DNA of 62,987 nt, filler included, from Folioceros fuciformis (lineage: Eukaryota): NCBI GenBank assembly GCA_049999805.1. It is 6 parts of 6 records of this genome, joined end to end, with 100 filler letters (N's around TTAATTAATTAA, not from the genome) between each part and the next. Parts side by side here need not be neighbours in the genome. Positions count along the whole stretch, not along the records: positions 12,100 to 17,053 come from JBNGIO010006105.1; positions 17,154 to 20,958 come from JBNGIO010006106.1; positions 21,059 to 25,235 come from JBNGIO010006107.1; 3 more parts are not named here. One strand, given 5' to 3'. Below, piece after piece: positions 12,100 through 22,078 of the stretch (the first letter of the stretch is position 1; every line of letters begins with the position of its first letter). The position numbers were made by a program, and so were the translations under genes. The notes under the pieces were generated by a model. The model saw nothing but the letters and a program-made list of their open reading frames with translations. It had not been told where the DNA came from and made no database searches.

Positions 12100-14960
12100 C
12101 CCTGCCGACAGCCCGCCTCCAGCGTTCGGCCAGGTCGACAGCGCCCTCCTGGCCGGCACTAGGCTGCCTGTCTGCAGGCGTGACCAACCACAACCAGCCT
12201 AGGCGCCCAGCCGGGCCTCCTGCACTCCGGCTAGCCGATTTTCCCGGGCAGGTCGGCAGTCCGATCAGCCAACCTATCCCCCCTGATTCGACTGGCCGAC
12301 AGCCTGCTTGGGGTCTTGCAGCCAGGCCGCTGTCCAGCTTCTTGACCTCGCCCCGGCCATCCAGAGCCCCTAGCCAGCTATCCTGATGGACGCGATCCAG
12401 GATAGCCAGCCATGACTGCCTGAACACTGCGTCGCTTGGTTGCTGCTATCAGGCTGCCCCTTGTGCCTGTGGCCAGCCGGTTCCGCGGCCTAGCAGAGAT
12501 CCTAGCCGGGATCCAATCCCGGCAGCCTGCTCGCCACCGGCGCGGGCTGGGTTGCTTGGCTAAGCTCCTCAGCCAGCCATCACCAGCCAGCAGCCCCTCT
12601 ACCATCCCTCTCGCATACCTGGGCCCCCCTCCTTGCCAGCACGATCTAGATCAGCCAAAGGCCCGTCTGGCTACGATCCAGCGCCGCCTTAGGCTATCTG
12701 GCCCAGCTGCGACCAGCCGCCATGGCCAGGCCACCTGCCCAGCCAGCCTGACCAGGACCTCATGCCATTGCCCGGGCCTGGCTGGTCTGCCTCCTGAATC
12801 TGACACTACCGCAGCCTCAAAGCGCCCTGCCGACCAAGACCCGGCTACTGCCGACCACTTGCCAACCTCCAGATCCAGCCCCGGTCTCGACCAGCTTGGA
12901 TCCGCCCAGGTCTCGACCAGCTAGGATCCGCCCGTCGGCTAGCTGCTCCCTGCGCTCCAGGCTGCCTGGCACCAATCATGGGCGGCCACAGCTAGCCCGG
13001 ACCCCAAGATGGCCNNNNNNNNNNNNNNNNNNNNNNNNNNNNNNNNNNNNNNNNNNNNNNNNNNNNNNNNNNNNNNNNNNNNNNNNNNNNNNNNNNNNNN
13101 NNNNNNNNNNNNNNGGCACCAATCATGGGCGGCCACAGCTAGCCCGGACCCCAAGATGGCCTCTTACCAGCTTGGATCCGCCCAGGTCTCGACCAGCTAG
13201 GATCCGCCCGTCAGCTGGCTGCTCCCTGCGCTCCAGGCTGCCTGGCACCAATCATGGGCGGCCACAGCTAGCCCGGGCCCCAAGATGGCCGCTTACCCTT
13301 CAGCTGGCCTGCCACCGACATGCTCGGCCTCCTGCCCTCCTGAACCTGGCCAGAAACTAGGCCAACAGACCGGCCCACAACCTGCCTGTAGCTAGGCCAG
13401 GCTGGGCTGCGGCCAGGCCCCTTAGTAGCCAGCCGACCAACTCGGCTGCCCAGCTCAGCTCCAGCCCGCCTAGCCCACACGACTGCCTGCTAGGCAACCT
13501 GTCCGATCCGGCCCAGCCCCCGACCTGGGTCCGCCATGCGGCCTGCCACACTGCGATGATTGCCAGCCTGCCTGGATCTGCTTCTAGCAACGCCTACCTG
13601 CAGCTCGGCTTGCCAATCATCCAGGCTTCCCGGATCCGCCAGCAACCAGCCTGCTCATTGACAAGCCAGGCTGCCTACCATGCAGGCCTGTCGGACTGCC
13701 CACCTGCAGCCCGATCGGCTGGCTGGCCGCTGATGGCCGGCTTAGCCTCTGCTGCCTGCCTCGGGTCCACCCCGGCCAGCTCCTGCAAGTCGGGCAGCCT
13801 ACCTGCTCGCAGCCCGACATGACCAGCCATCATGTTTGATCCGCTCCGGCCTGCCACAACCCGCTGGAGTGGCCTGCCCCCAACTGGGGCCTCCCTTGCT
13901 GGCCAGGCCCTCGCTTGGCTCTAGGATCAGCCAGCCATCACGGCCGGATCCAGCGCCGCTCCTGCTGACCCCTTAGGACTGTCTGTCGATCTGGCCTCCT
14001 TGCCGGCTAGATCTGCCAACCCACCCTCCTGCCACTTGCCCAGAGGCCGCAACCTGGGGCCGCAACCTGGCTCCTGCCTTCTGAATCCGGCCAGATCTAG
14101 GCCGCCGCCCTATCCCGCCGGTCTGCTAACTTGGCCGCCTNNNNNNNNNNNNNNNNNNNNNNNNNNNNNNNNNNNNNNNNNNNNNNNNNNNNNNNNNNNN
14201 NNNNNNNNNNNNNNNNNNNNNNNNNNNNNNNNNNNNNNNNCCTCAGTAGCCAGCCGACCAACTCGGCTGCCCAGCTCAGCTCCAGCCCGCCTAGCCCACA
14301 CGACTGCCTGCTAGGCAACCTGTCCGATCCGGCCCAGCCCCCGACCTGGGTCCGCCATGCGGCCTGCCACACTGCGATGATTGCCAGCCTGCCTGGATCT
14401 GCTTCTAGCAACGCCTACCTACAGCTCGGCTTGCCAATCATCCAGGCTTCCCGGATCCACCAGCAACCAGCCTGCTCATTGACAAGCCAGGCTGCCTACC
14501 ATGCAGGCCTGTCAGACTGCCCACCTGCAGCCCGATCGGCTGGCTGGCCGCTGATGGCCGGCTTAGCCTCTGCTGCCTGCCTCGGGTCCACCCCGGCCAG
14601 CTCCTGCAAGTCGGGCAGCCTACCTGCTCGCAGCCCGACATGACCAGCCATCATGTTTGATCCGCTCCGGCCTGCCACAACCCGCTGGAGCGGCCTGCCC
14701 CCAACTGGGGCCTCCCCTGCTGGCCAGGCCCTCGCTTGGCTCTAGGATCAGCCAGCCATCACGGCCGGATCCAGCACCGCTCCTGCTGACCCCTTAGGAC
14801 TGTCTGTCGATCTGGCCTCCTCGCCGGCTAGATCTGCCAACCCAACCTCCTGCCACTTGCCCTGAGGCCGCAACCTGGGGCCGCAACCTGGCTCCTGCCT
14901 TCTGAATCCGGCCAGATCTAGGCCGCCGCCCTATCCCGCCGGTCTGCTAACTTGGCCGCC
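12100..14960. repeat. GC-rich internally repetitive region downstream of gypsy pol. About 720 bp is duplicated (13420-14140 / 14241-14960), with a shorter duplication around 12885-13290
   Basis: Near-identical blocks on either side of 100-N gaps, with CCAGCC/GGCCAG-rich low complexity. Confidence 0.8.
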
Positions 14961-15329
14961 TGTGCTCTAGTGATCCCTATCCACCCGACGCACCAGGGTA
15001 GCATCCCGACACCTCCATCTCTGTCCCCAACTTCCACCAGCGACAGCCAGAGGACCCCCAACTCGCTTTCCGCGACGTCCCAGGTTTCCTATTCCTCCGT
15101 TACCTTACCCCGAGGAACCAGAGCCCGTGTCCTATCTACCACACAACCTACCTACCTTATCGACTCACCATCAACCTAACTATTATTCTAACCTAACCTT
15201 CCAACCTTTCCTCTACAACACTCACCCACAAATCCAAAAAAAAGAAAACCTATCATTTCCCAGGGGTCTGTTCAGCATGTGGAGTCCACATACTCCCCTT
15301 CTCATTTGTTGGTGTCCTCGCCAACTACT

Positions 15330-17053
15330 GATAATACTTCTTCACACGCCAGCCATTAACCCTGGTTGGTAAGTTGGGGCCGTTGAGGTGCTGCAATTGA
15401 ATGGACCCGTTCTCATACACCTCTAGCACCTTGTAAGGTCCCATCCATCTCAAGTGCAGCTTACCTGGAAAGTGCATGTACCTATTGTCGTATTACAAGG
15501 CTAAATCTCCAGGCACAACATACTCCTGTTTACGCAACTTACGGTCATGCCACTTCTTCCTCCTCTCCTGAACATCAAGGAAAACCGCCAAGGCCCGTTC
15601 CCTATCCTCATCATGCTGCACAAAACTGGTTAGCCTCTCCAGTTGGCTCTCCTCCACGGTCAATCGGTTGCTCTCCTGCATCCTCAAGGTAGGTACCTCA
15701 AATTCGATGGGCATGATCGGTGAGTGTCCATAGGTGAGGTAATAAGGGGTCTGCTGGGTAGTAACCTTCTCAGCAGTCATGTATGCCCACAAGGCTGAGT
15801 GGAGTTTCCTATCCCAGTCATGAGCATAGGTGACGGTGAGTTTGCTGAGGATCTTGCACAACAGCCCATTAGCCTTCTCCGTGAGCCCATTGGCCTTAGG
15901 GTTGTAGGGAGTGGTCTTCCTATGACTGATATTGAAATATTCAGTCATGTGCTTGACTACTTCATTGATGAAGTGAGTCCCCCTATCACTCACTAGCTCC
16001 AACGGGCACCCATACCTCGTGATGATCTGCTCAAACAAAAATCTGGCCACCACATTTGCTGTGTCCACGGGCAAAGCTTGAGCCTCCACCATGCGTGTGC
16101 AGTAGTCGGTTGCCACCAGGATGTATTGGTTTTGCCTTCCCTTGGACTTGGGCTGAATTGGTCCTACAAAATCAATCCCCCACTTCTCAAATGGCACTAG
16201 GGCTAGGATGGGGACCAATGGCCATTGTGTGGTCCTGGTAGGCTTCCCCACCCTTTGGCATGCATCACACCTCTTGATGAATTCTCCAGCCTCAGCATAC
16301 ATTGCCGGCCCACCAATACCCTGCTGCCAGAATTTTCTTGCAGGTCACATGGGCTGCATAATGACCCCCAGCCTCTCCCTCGTGTAAGGAGCTGATAACT
16401 TGCTCCACTTGGCCAGGTTTGACCCACAACCTCTCCGCGCCATCAGCCCCTGTGCGATACAGCCTGCCCTTGTACTTAACCACTAGCCTTGTGAAGTACA
16501 AGAACAGCCGCTGCTGCTGCCGTGAGAGATCAACTGGAATTTCCCCTGTGTCTAAGAAAACAGACACCTCTTGATAGGAAGGCTTACGAAACCCCCTTCT
16601 CCCCTTCTCATTTAGTGCTGCCTCTTCACCTCTTGGTGGCCTAGTATTTGGTTTGGCCACCTCCTTCTCCACTAGGTTTGCTGAAAAAGCCTCATCCGGA
16701 AAATCATCTTCTTGGTCCTGAACCACCTTCTCCGTTTTCAGCCTGGACAGAAAATCAGCATTCACATGCCCGCGCCCTTCCCTTGTTTCCACGGTGAATG
16801 TGAACTCCTGCAAGAGCAAGATCCAGCGGGCTATGCGGCCCGATAAGTCTGCCTTGTTGACCAGGTGTTTGAGAGCAAAATGATCAACATGGAAGACAAA
16901 CTCATAGGCGAGAAGGTAGTGGCGGAATTTACGACAGGAGTAAACCATGCCGAGTGCCTCCTTCTCGGTTGTGGTGTACTTGCGTTCAGCCTCTGTAAGT
17001 TGTCGCCCAGCATAGTAGATTGGGTAGTCCCTCCCCTTCTCATCCCGTTGGCT
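15330..17053 (-). mobile_element. Ty3/gypsy (non-chromovirus, Athila/Tat-like) pol: RNase H, H2C2 zinc finger, integrase and GPY/F. Frameshifted and truncated by the scaffold end
   Basis: AERKYTTTEKEAL...KFRHYLL...VDHFALK...GRIARWILLLQEF; LHEGEAGGH...CDACQR; FEKWGIDFVGP, SDRGTHF, NGLTEKANG; FPGKLHLRWMGPY. Confidence 0.93.
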
Positions 17054-17153
17054 NNNNNNNNNNNNNNNNNNNNNNNNNNNNNNNNNNNNNNNNNNNNTTA
17101 ATTAATTAANNNNNNNNNNNNNNNNNNNNNNNNNNNNNNNNNNNNNNNNNNNN
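17054..17153. other. Artificial scaffold-joining linker
   Basis: N44-TTAATTAATTAA (17098-17109)-N44. Confidence 0.95.
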
Positions 17154-17190
17154 GCGGCCCAAGGGTGGCTTTGACGCCACCCCTGCTCCC

Positions 17191-20100
17191 TTGACTCCAA
17201 TTTTTACTTCTAAGGTCCATTGTGACTTCATGGCTCAACCAAAATCCTCATTGGTTGTTTCCAAAGCCCATCATTCGTTCTGCAAAGCCTGCTCTTTAGC
17301 AAAGTTAGGATCGAGACCATCCTATGCAAAGGACACCAAAGAAAATATACCATTCTTGCAAAGAATCCAAGGTGATATTTGTGGACCTATTCAACCACCA
17401 TGCGGACCATTTAGATATTTTATGGTGTTGGTTGATGCATCGACACGCTGGTCACATGTCATGCTATTGTCCACAAGGAACGCTGCATTTGCTAAACTCC
17501 TAGCACAAATAATTAAGTTACGGGCTCACCACCCTGATCATCCCATTAAGTCTATAAGATTAGACAATGCTGGGGAGTTTACATCAAAGACTTTTGATGA
17601 TTATTGCATGTCCATTGGGATTGATGTTGAACATCCTGTTCCTCATGTTCATACCCAAAATGGTCTCGCAGAAGCCACCATTAAACGACTTCAAATGGTT
17701 GCTCGAGCATTGGTGATGCGCACCAATCTCCCTATTTCTGCTTGGGGCTATGCAATATTGCATGCAGCTGTGCTTATTCGTCTGAGGCCCACTGCCACCC
17801 AACCCTTCTCTGCGTCCCAGATGGTTACTGGGTATGAGCCTGATGTCTCACACTTACGCATATTTGGGTGTGCAGTCTATGTGCCTATTGCGCCGCCACA
17901 GCGCACCAAAATGGGTCCTCAAAGACGATTAGGCCTTTATGTTGGATATGATTCTCCAACGATTATCCGCTACATAGAACCCTTGACAGGCGATCTCTTT
18001 ACCGCTAGATTTGCGGATTGTCACTTCGATGAGACAGTCTTCCCGTCGTTAGGGGGAGATAAGAACATCAATGTTCAACAGGAACGACAGGAATTGTCGT
18101 GGTCTGTCCCCACTCTGTCTCATCTTGATCCCCGAACCGCACAGTCAGAAATTGAAGTGCGGAGAATTCTCGATCTTCAGAACGTAGCAGATTCGATGCC
18201 TGATGCGTTTTCTGATATCGCTAAAGTGACGAGATCACACATACCTGCTGCAAACGTGCCTGCAAGGATTGATGTCCCTAAAAGTAGAGGACATGACGCC
18301 AACTCAAGAATGCATGAGCATGGCGCCAACGTCCCATCTCTCAATGATGGTGACGTTATGGCTAGGCCCACGGCTCCCGCCAAGAAGCGCGGGAGGCCCA
18401 TAGGTTCGATGGATTCTCGCCCAAGAAAGAAAGCGAGTTCGGCACAAAATAATCCATTAATCATCGATGTAAATAATCCATCTCATGAGAATATTCCGGA
18501 TTATGGTTATGTCCAAGAGACATCATTGGGGGACGCTCCAATGTCAGAACCAACTCCAGAGAATAGAGAGATCTCCATAAATTACACTAGTGTACATGAG
18601 ATGATGGATAGAAATTCTATGGCGATTGATGATGCATTTGCATATCATATTGCAAAAGGAATTATAGAATATGATGATATCGAACCTCGCTCTGTTGAAG
18701 AATGTCAACGAAGAGCAGATTGGCCTAAATGGAAAGATGCGATCCAGGTTGAATTGGATTCACTAACAAAGAGACAGGTATTTGGGCCTATAACGCTGAC
18801 ACCCCCAAGTATAAAGCCTGTTGGCCATAAATGGGTCTTTGTTAGAAAGCGTAATGAGAAAAATGAGGTTGTTAGATACAAAGCCCGCCTTGTGGCGCAA
18901 GGTTTCTCACAACGCCCTGGAATTGACTACGAGGAGACATATTCTCCCGTAATGGACGTTATAACGTTCCGCTACCTTGTCAGTTTGGTAGTTTCCGAAA
19001 AACTTGACATGCAGCTTATGGATGTGGTTACAGCATATCTCTATGGGGATCTAGATTCAGAGATATATATGAAGGTTCCAGATGGACTTCAATTACCCAA
19101 ATCAAGTGGCTCTAAACCACGGAGCGCGTTTTCAATAAGATTAAAACGCTCACTATATGGATTAAAACAATCCGGACGGATGTGGTATAACCGTCTAAGT
19201 GACTACTTGATTGGGAAGGGATATATTAACAATGAAATATGCCCATGCGTGTTCATTAAAAGAACAAGTTCCGGATTTGCAATCGTAGCAGTTTATGTCG
19301 ATGACATGAACCTAATTGGAACTCTAGATGAGTTGAAGGAAACTGCTAAATACTTGAAATCCGAATTTGAGATGAAAGATCTTGGGAAAACACGGTTTTG
19401 TCTCGGTTTAGAACTCGAGCACCGTAGTGATGGAATCTTGATCCATCAGTCTGCATATACTCAGAAAATCCTAAGGCGCTTTAATGAAGATAAAGCAAAG
19501 CCTACGAGTACTCCCATGATCGGCCGTAGTCTTGAGCCCGGAAAAGATCCGTTTCGTCCAAGGGATGAGGACGAAGAACCATTAGAGGCCGAGGTGCCCT
19601 ATTTGAGTGCAATAGGCGCATTATTGTACTTAGCTCAATGCACAAGACCGGATATCTCATTCGCAGTGAACTTGTTAGCTCGACATAGCTCTGCGCCAAC
19701 ACGCCGCCATTGGATTGGTATAAAGACAATCTTTCGATACCTAAGAGGTACGATTGATATGGGCCTATTCTATCCCTACAGAGAGAAAAGGAATGACGGA
19801 AAATTGGGATTGGACCCCAAAAGGCAAAACGCCCCCGTCCATGGAATGGCCGCCGGCCATGTTGCCGCCGCCGGCGCCGCCACCGCTCATGGTGGCCGGC
19901 GTTCTCCTATCTCCCTCCATCAAAACGACAATGATGTCTTGATGGGTTTTGCTGATGCAGGGTACCTCTCTGACCCTCACAAAGGTCGCTCCCAAACTGG
20001 TTATGTCTTTACCATGGGAAGCACTGCGATATCTTGGAGGTCTACAAAACAGACCCTTGTTGCTACTTCCTCAAATCATGCAGAGATTATTGCTCTACAT

Positions 20101-20445
20101 GAAGCTGTACGTGAATGTGTATGGCTAAGGTCTGTAATTCGACACATTCAAGGAAGTTGTGGTTTGAAGTCTACCACAAATGAACCTACATGCATTTATG
20201 AGGATAATGCAGCTTGTATTGAACAAATGAAGTTAGGTTTCATCAAGGGCGACAACACCAAGCATATATCGCCTAAGTTCTTTTATAATCAGCAACAACA
20301 ATCACTTCTAAAGATTGAAGTGAATCAAATCCGATCAGAGGATAATGTAGCGGACTTATTCACTAAGTCGTTACCTAAATCCACCTTCGAGAAACATGTG
20401 AAGAGCATCGGATTGAGAAAGTTATCCGAACTCCCACGATTATAG
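17191..20445 (+). CDS. Copia pol polyprotein (integrase, RT, RNase H), 5'-truncated by the scaffold start
   Basis: CKAC, RIQGDICGP, RLDNAGEF, HTQNGLAE; YKARLVAQGF, MDVVTAYLYG, SLYGLKQSGR, VYVDD; FADAGY, IYEDNAAC, KGDNTKHISPKFF (Bianca-type), ADLFTK. Confidence 0.95.
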   Translation: MTPIFTSKVHCDFMAQPKSSLVVSKAHHSFCKACSLAKLGSRPSYAKDTKENIPFLQRIQGDICGPIQPPCGPFRYFMVLVDASTRWSHVMLLSTRNAAFAKLLAQIIKLRAHHPDHPIKSIRLDNAGEFTSKTFDDYCMSIGIDVEHPVPHVHTQNGLAEATIKRLQMVARALVMRTNLPISAWGYAILHAAVLIRLRPTATQPFSASQMVTGYEPDVSHLRIFGCAVYVPIAPPQRTKMGPQRRLGLYVGYDSPTIIRYIEPLTGDLFTARFADCHFDETVFPSLGGDKNINVQQERQELSWSVPTLSHLDPRTAQSEIEVRRILDLQNVADSMPDAFSDIAKVTRSHIPAANVPARIDVPKSRGHDANSRMHEHGANVPSLNDGDVMARPTAPAKKRGRPIGSMDSRPRKKASSAQNNPLIIDVNNPSHENIPDYGYVQETSLGDAPMSEPTPENREISINYTSVHEMMDRNSMAIDDAFAYHIAKGIIEYDDIEPRSVEECQRRADWPKWKDAIQVELDSLTKRQVFGPITLTPPSIKPVGHKWVFVRKRNEKNEVVRYKARLVAQGFSQRPGIDYEETYSPVMDVITFRYLVSLVVSEKLDMQLMDVVTAYLYGDLDSEIYMKVPDGLQLPKSSGSKPRSAFSIRLKRSLYGLKQSGRMWYNRLSDYLIGKGYINNEICPCVFIKRTSSGFAIVAVYVDDMNLIGTLDELKETAKYLKSEFEMKDLGKTRFCLGLELEHRSDGILIHQSAYTQKILRRFNEDKAKPTSTPMIGRSLEPGKDPFRPRDEDEEPLEAEVPYLSAIGALLYLAQCTRPDISFAVNLLARHSSAPTRRHWIGIKTIFRYLRGTIDMGLFYPYREKRNDGKLGLDPKRQNAPVHGMAAGHVAAAGAATAHGGRRSPISLHQNDNDVLMGFADAGYLSDPHKGRSQTGYVFTMGSTAISWRSTKQTLVATSSNHAEIIALHEAVRECVWLRSVIRHIQGSCGLKSTTNEPTCIYEDNAACIEQMKLGFIKGDNTKHISPKFFYNQQQQSLLKIEVNQIRSEDNVADLFTKSLPKSTFEKHVKSIGLRKLSELPRL

Positions 20446-20644
20446 CAATCAGGGGGAGATATCGACATCAGGGGGAGTTATGATGTCTACATGTTCGATC
20501 TCGAAGAGTGAAGGACGTGTTGTGCTCTTTTTGTCCTTCGACCAGGGTTATTTTTATCCCACAGGGTTTTTGTTACCTGGCAAGGTTTTTAACGAGGCAA
20601 CGGATGAAGCGTCACCACCAAGTTTGAAGCGGCACAAGGGGGAG

Positions 20645-20851
20645 TGTTGAAGGAATATCGATTTAGTGTGCCTTATCAAACTAGGAGTAGCAATAGGAGA
20701 GAAGGTTCTAGATTTCCCAATCCTACACGGATTGGTATTCCTTGTAACATTAGAACTAGCACTTTGTAATCCCTATATATAGGGCTCCTATTCTCAATAA
20801 TAAGAACACATCTCTCTCATCAATCTCTCTCAAATACATTATACTTAAACA
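20645..20851 (+). repeat. LTR (207 bp) with TATA box near 20774
   Basis: Starts TGTT directly after the PPT, ends AACA, and contains CCCTATATATAGGG. Confidence 0.85.
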
Positions 20852-20873
20852 CGTTATCAGCACGACTCTAACC
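20852..20873 (+). promoter_or_regulatory. Primer-binding site complementary to the 5' half of tRNA-Ile
   Basis: CGTTATCAGCACGACTCTAACC. Its reverse complement GGTTAGAG-TCGTGCTGATAACG matches the plant tRNA-Ile D-arm/anticodon region as recalled, with a 2-nt bulge. Confidence 0.7.
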
Positions 20874-20958
20874 ACAAAACAGAAAACCAAAACTCATTCA
20901 CAAAGCAGCCCCTAGCCCGAGCTAGCCGAGCCTTCGCTGCAGCCCGAGCGCCCGTGCG

Positions 20959-21058
20959 NNNNNNNNNNNNNNNNNNNNNNNNNNNNNNNNNNNNNNNNNN
21001 NNTTAATTAATTAANNNNNNNNNNNNNNNNNNNNNNNNNNNNNNNNNNNNNNNNNNNN
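20959..21058. other. Artificial scaffold-joining linker
   Basis: TTAATTAATTAA at 21003-21014 within Ns. Confidence 0.95.
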
Positions 21059-22078
21059 AAATCGTCGTAGTTGAATCGATGTGTTTCTTAGCAGAAATTG
21101 AGCATGCCGGGAATTTTCTTAATAAGGTTCGTTCAAATTCTATTATGTGATATTTCATATATCTCTCAAGTGTTGTGACTTGCATAAGCTTAGCAGGATC
21201 CACTTTTCCAATTCTTTCAATGTAGATTGGCCTCCCTTCTTTATCAACCCCGTGATGCCCTTGTGGGTAATACTTCCTTACTTCATCCAACTCCTTGAAA
21301 TCAAAATCCTGGGTAAAGAATCTGTTAATTTTGATAAAAAAAGTTACATAAATTAGATCCATAGTAGAGTTGAGTTGAGTTAGTACAATACCTGTTCAAT
21401 GGTATCAACTCCATTTTCCTTTCTCCAAAGCAACATGTCAGCCCACATTTGTTTGCTTTTCCCAAGATCAAACTTACGAGCTCGTAGAAATCTTCATTGA
21501 GAAAGAACTGGTTCAGTGGAATTTCAAAACGCAATTCAAGATTCATGTTTGGTGGATTGTGATCATTCTCATGTTGTCATAAACTTCTATTCATTTTGAA
21601 AGCAAGCTAGTTTCACTATGTAAGCATCACCTCGGGATGCTTTGTTTTTCGCACATCAATCTGAGGGAGACGGTAAGGGAGGAAGGGAGTTCAATCTTGC
21701 CACTCACCGCAGCATCATATGATAGTCATCATGTTGTGAGGGCAATAAGTTGTCATTTTCAAGCATTTTGCGGAACATCTCTACTGCATTTTGTTCTTGT
21801 TCATCCCTTACATCTGTGATAGACAAGGACAAAATGCGTTCTTCTCGAGTGCGCCTTCTTTTTTTCAAAGATTGTTTGATTCGAGAAGCAAACATGGCTG
21901 CTTTGTTGGATCCCAATTTGCCTGATGTAGCTTTAACAAGCGCCCTGTTATCTTCAACTGTGGCTCTCTCTTCACTCGTATCTCCATTTCCTTCTTCTTC
22001 CCCATCGACTTTGCCATGTCTTGATGATGTTGATGCAGATGAAGCCAATGTTTCTGTAGGCTCCAATGCCACCACCAT
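21059..22078 (-). CDS. SEC14-like phosphatidylinositol/phosphatidylcholine transfer protein (SFH family), partial. The 3' end is cut by the scaffold end and the start is uncertain
   Basis: Spliced exons ...[39 protein letters not shown] / [33 protein letters not shown] / [38 protein letters not shown]...[18 protein letters not shown]. Confidence 0.92.

Larger units (their letters stand above)
17154..20851 (+). mobile_element. Ty1/copia LTR retrotransposon, Bianca-like lineage (3' part, including the 3' LTR)
   Basis: Uninterrupted integrase-RT-RNase H ORF, polypurine tract AAGGGGGAG at 20636-20644, and LTR TGTT...AACA at 20645-20851. Confidence 0.95.

Noticed and set aside
12100-14960. Many Pro/Ala/Arg-rich ORFs on both strands
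   Set aside because: Expected from GC-rich repeats, with no recognisable domain.
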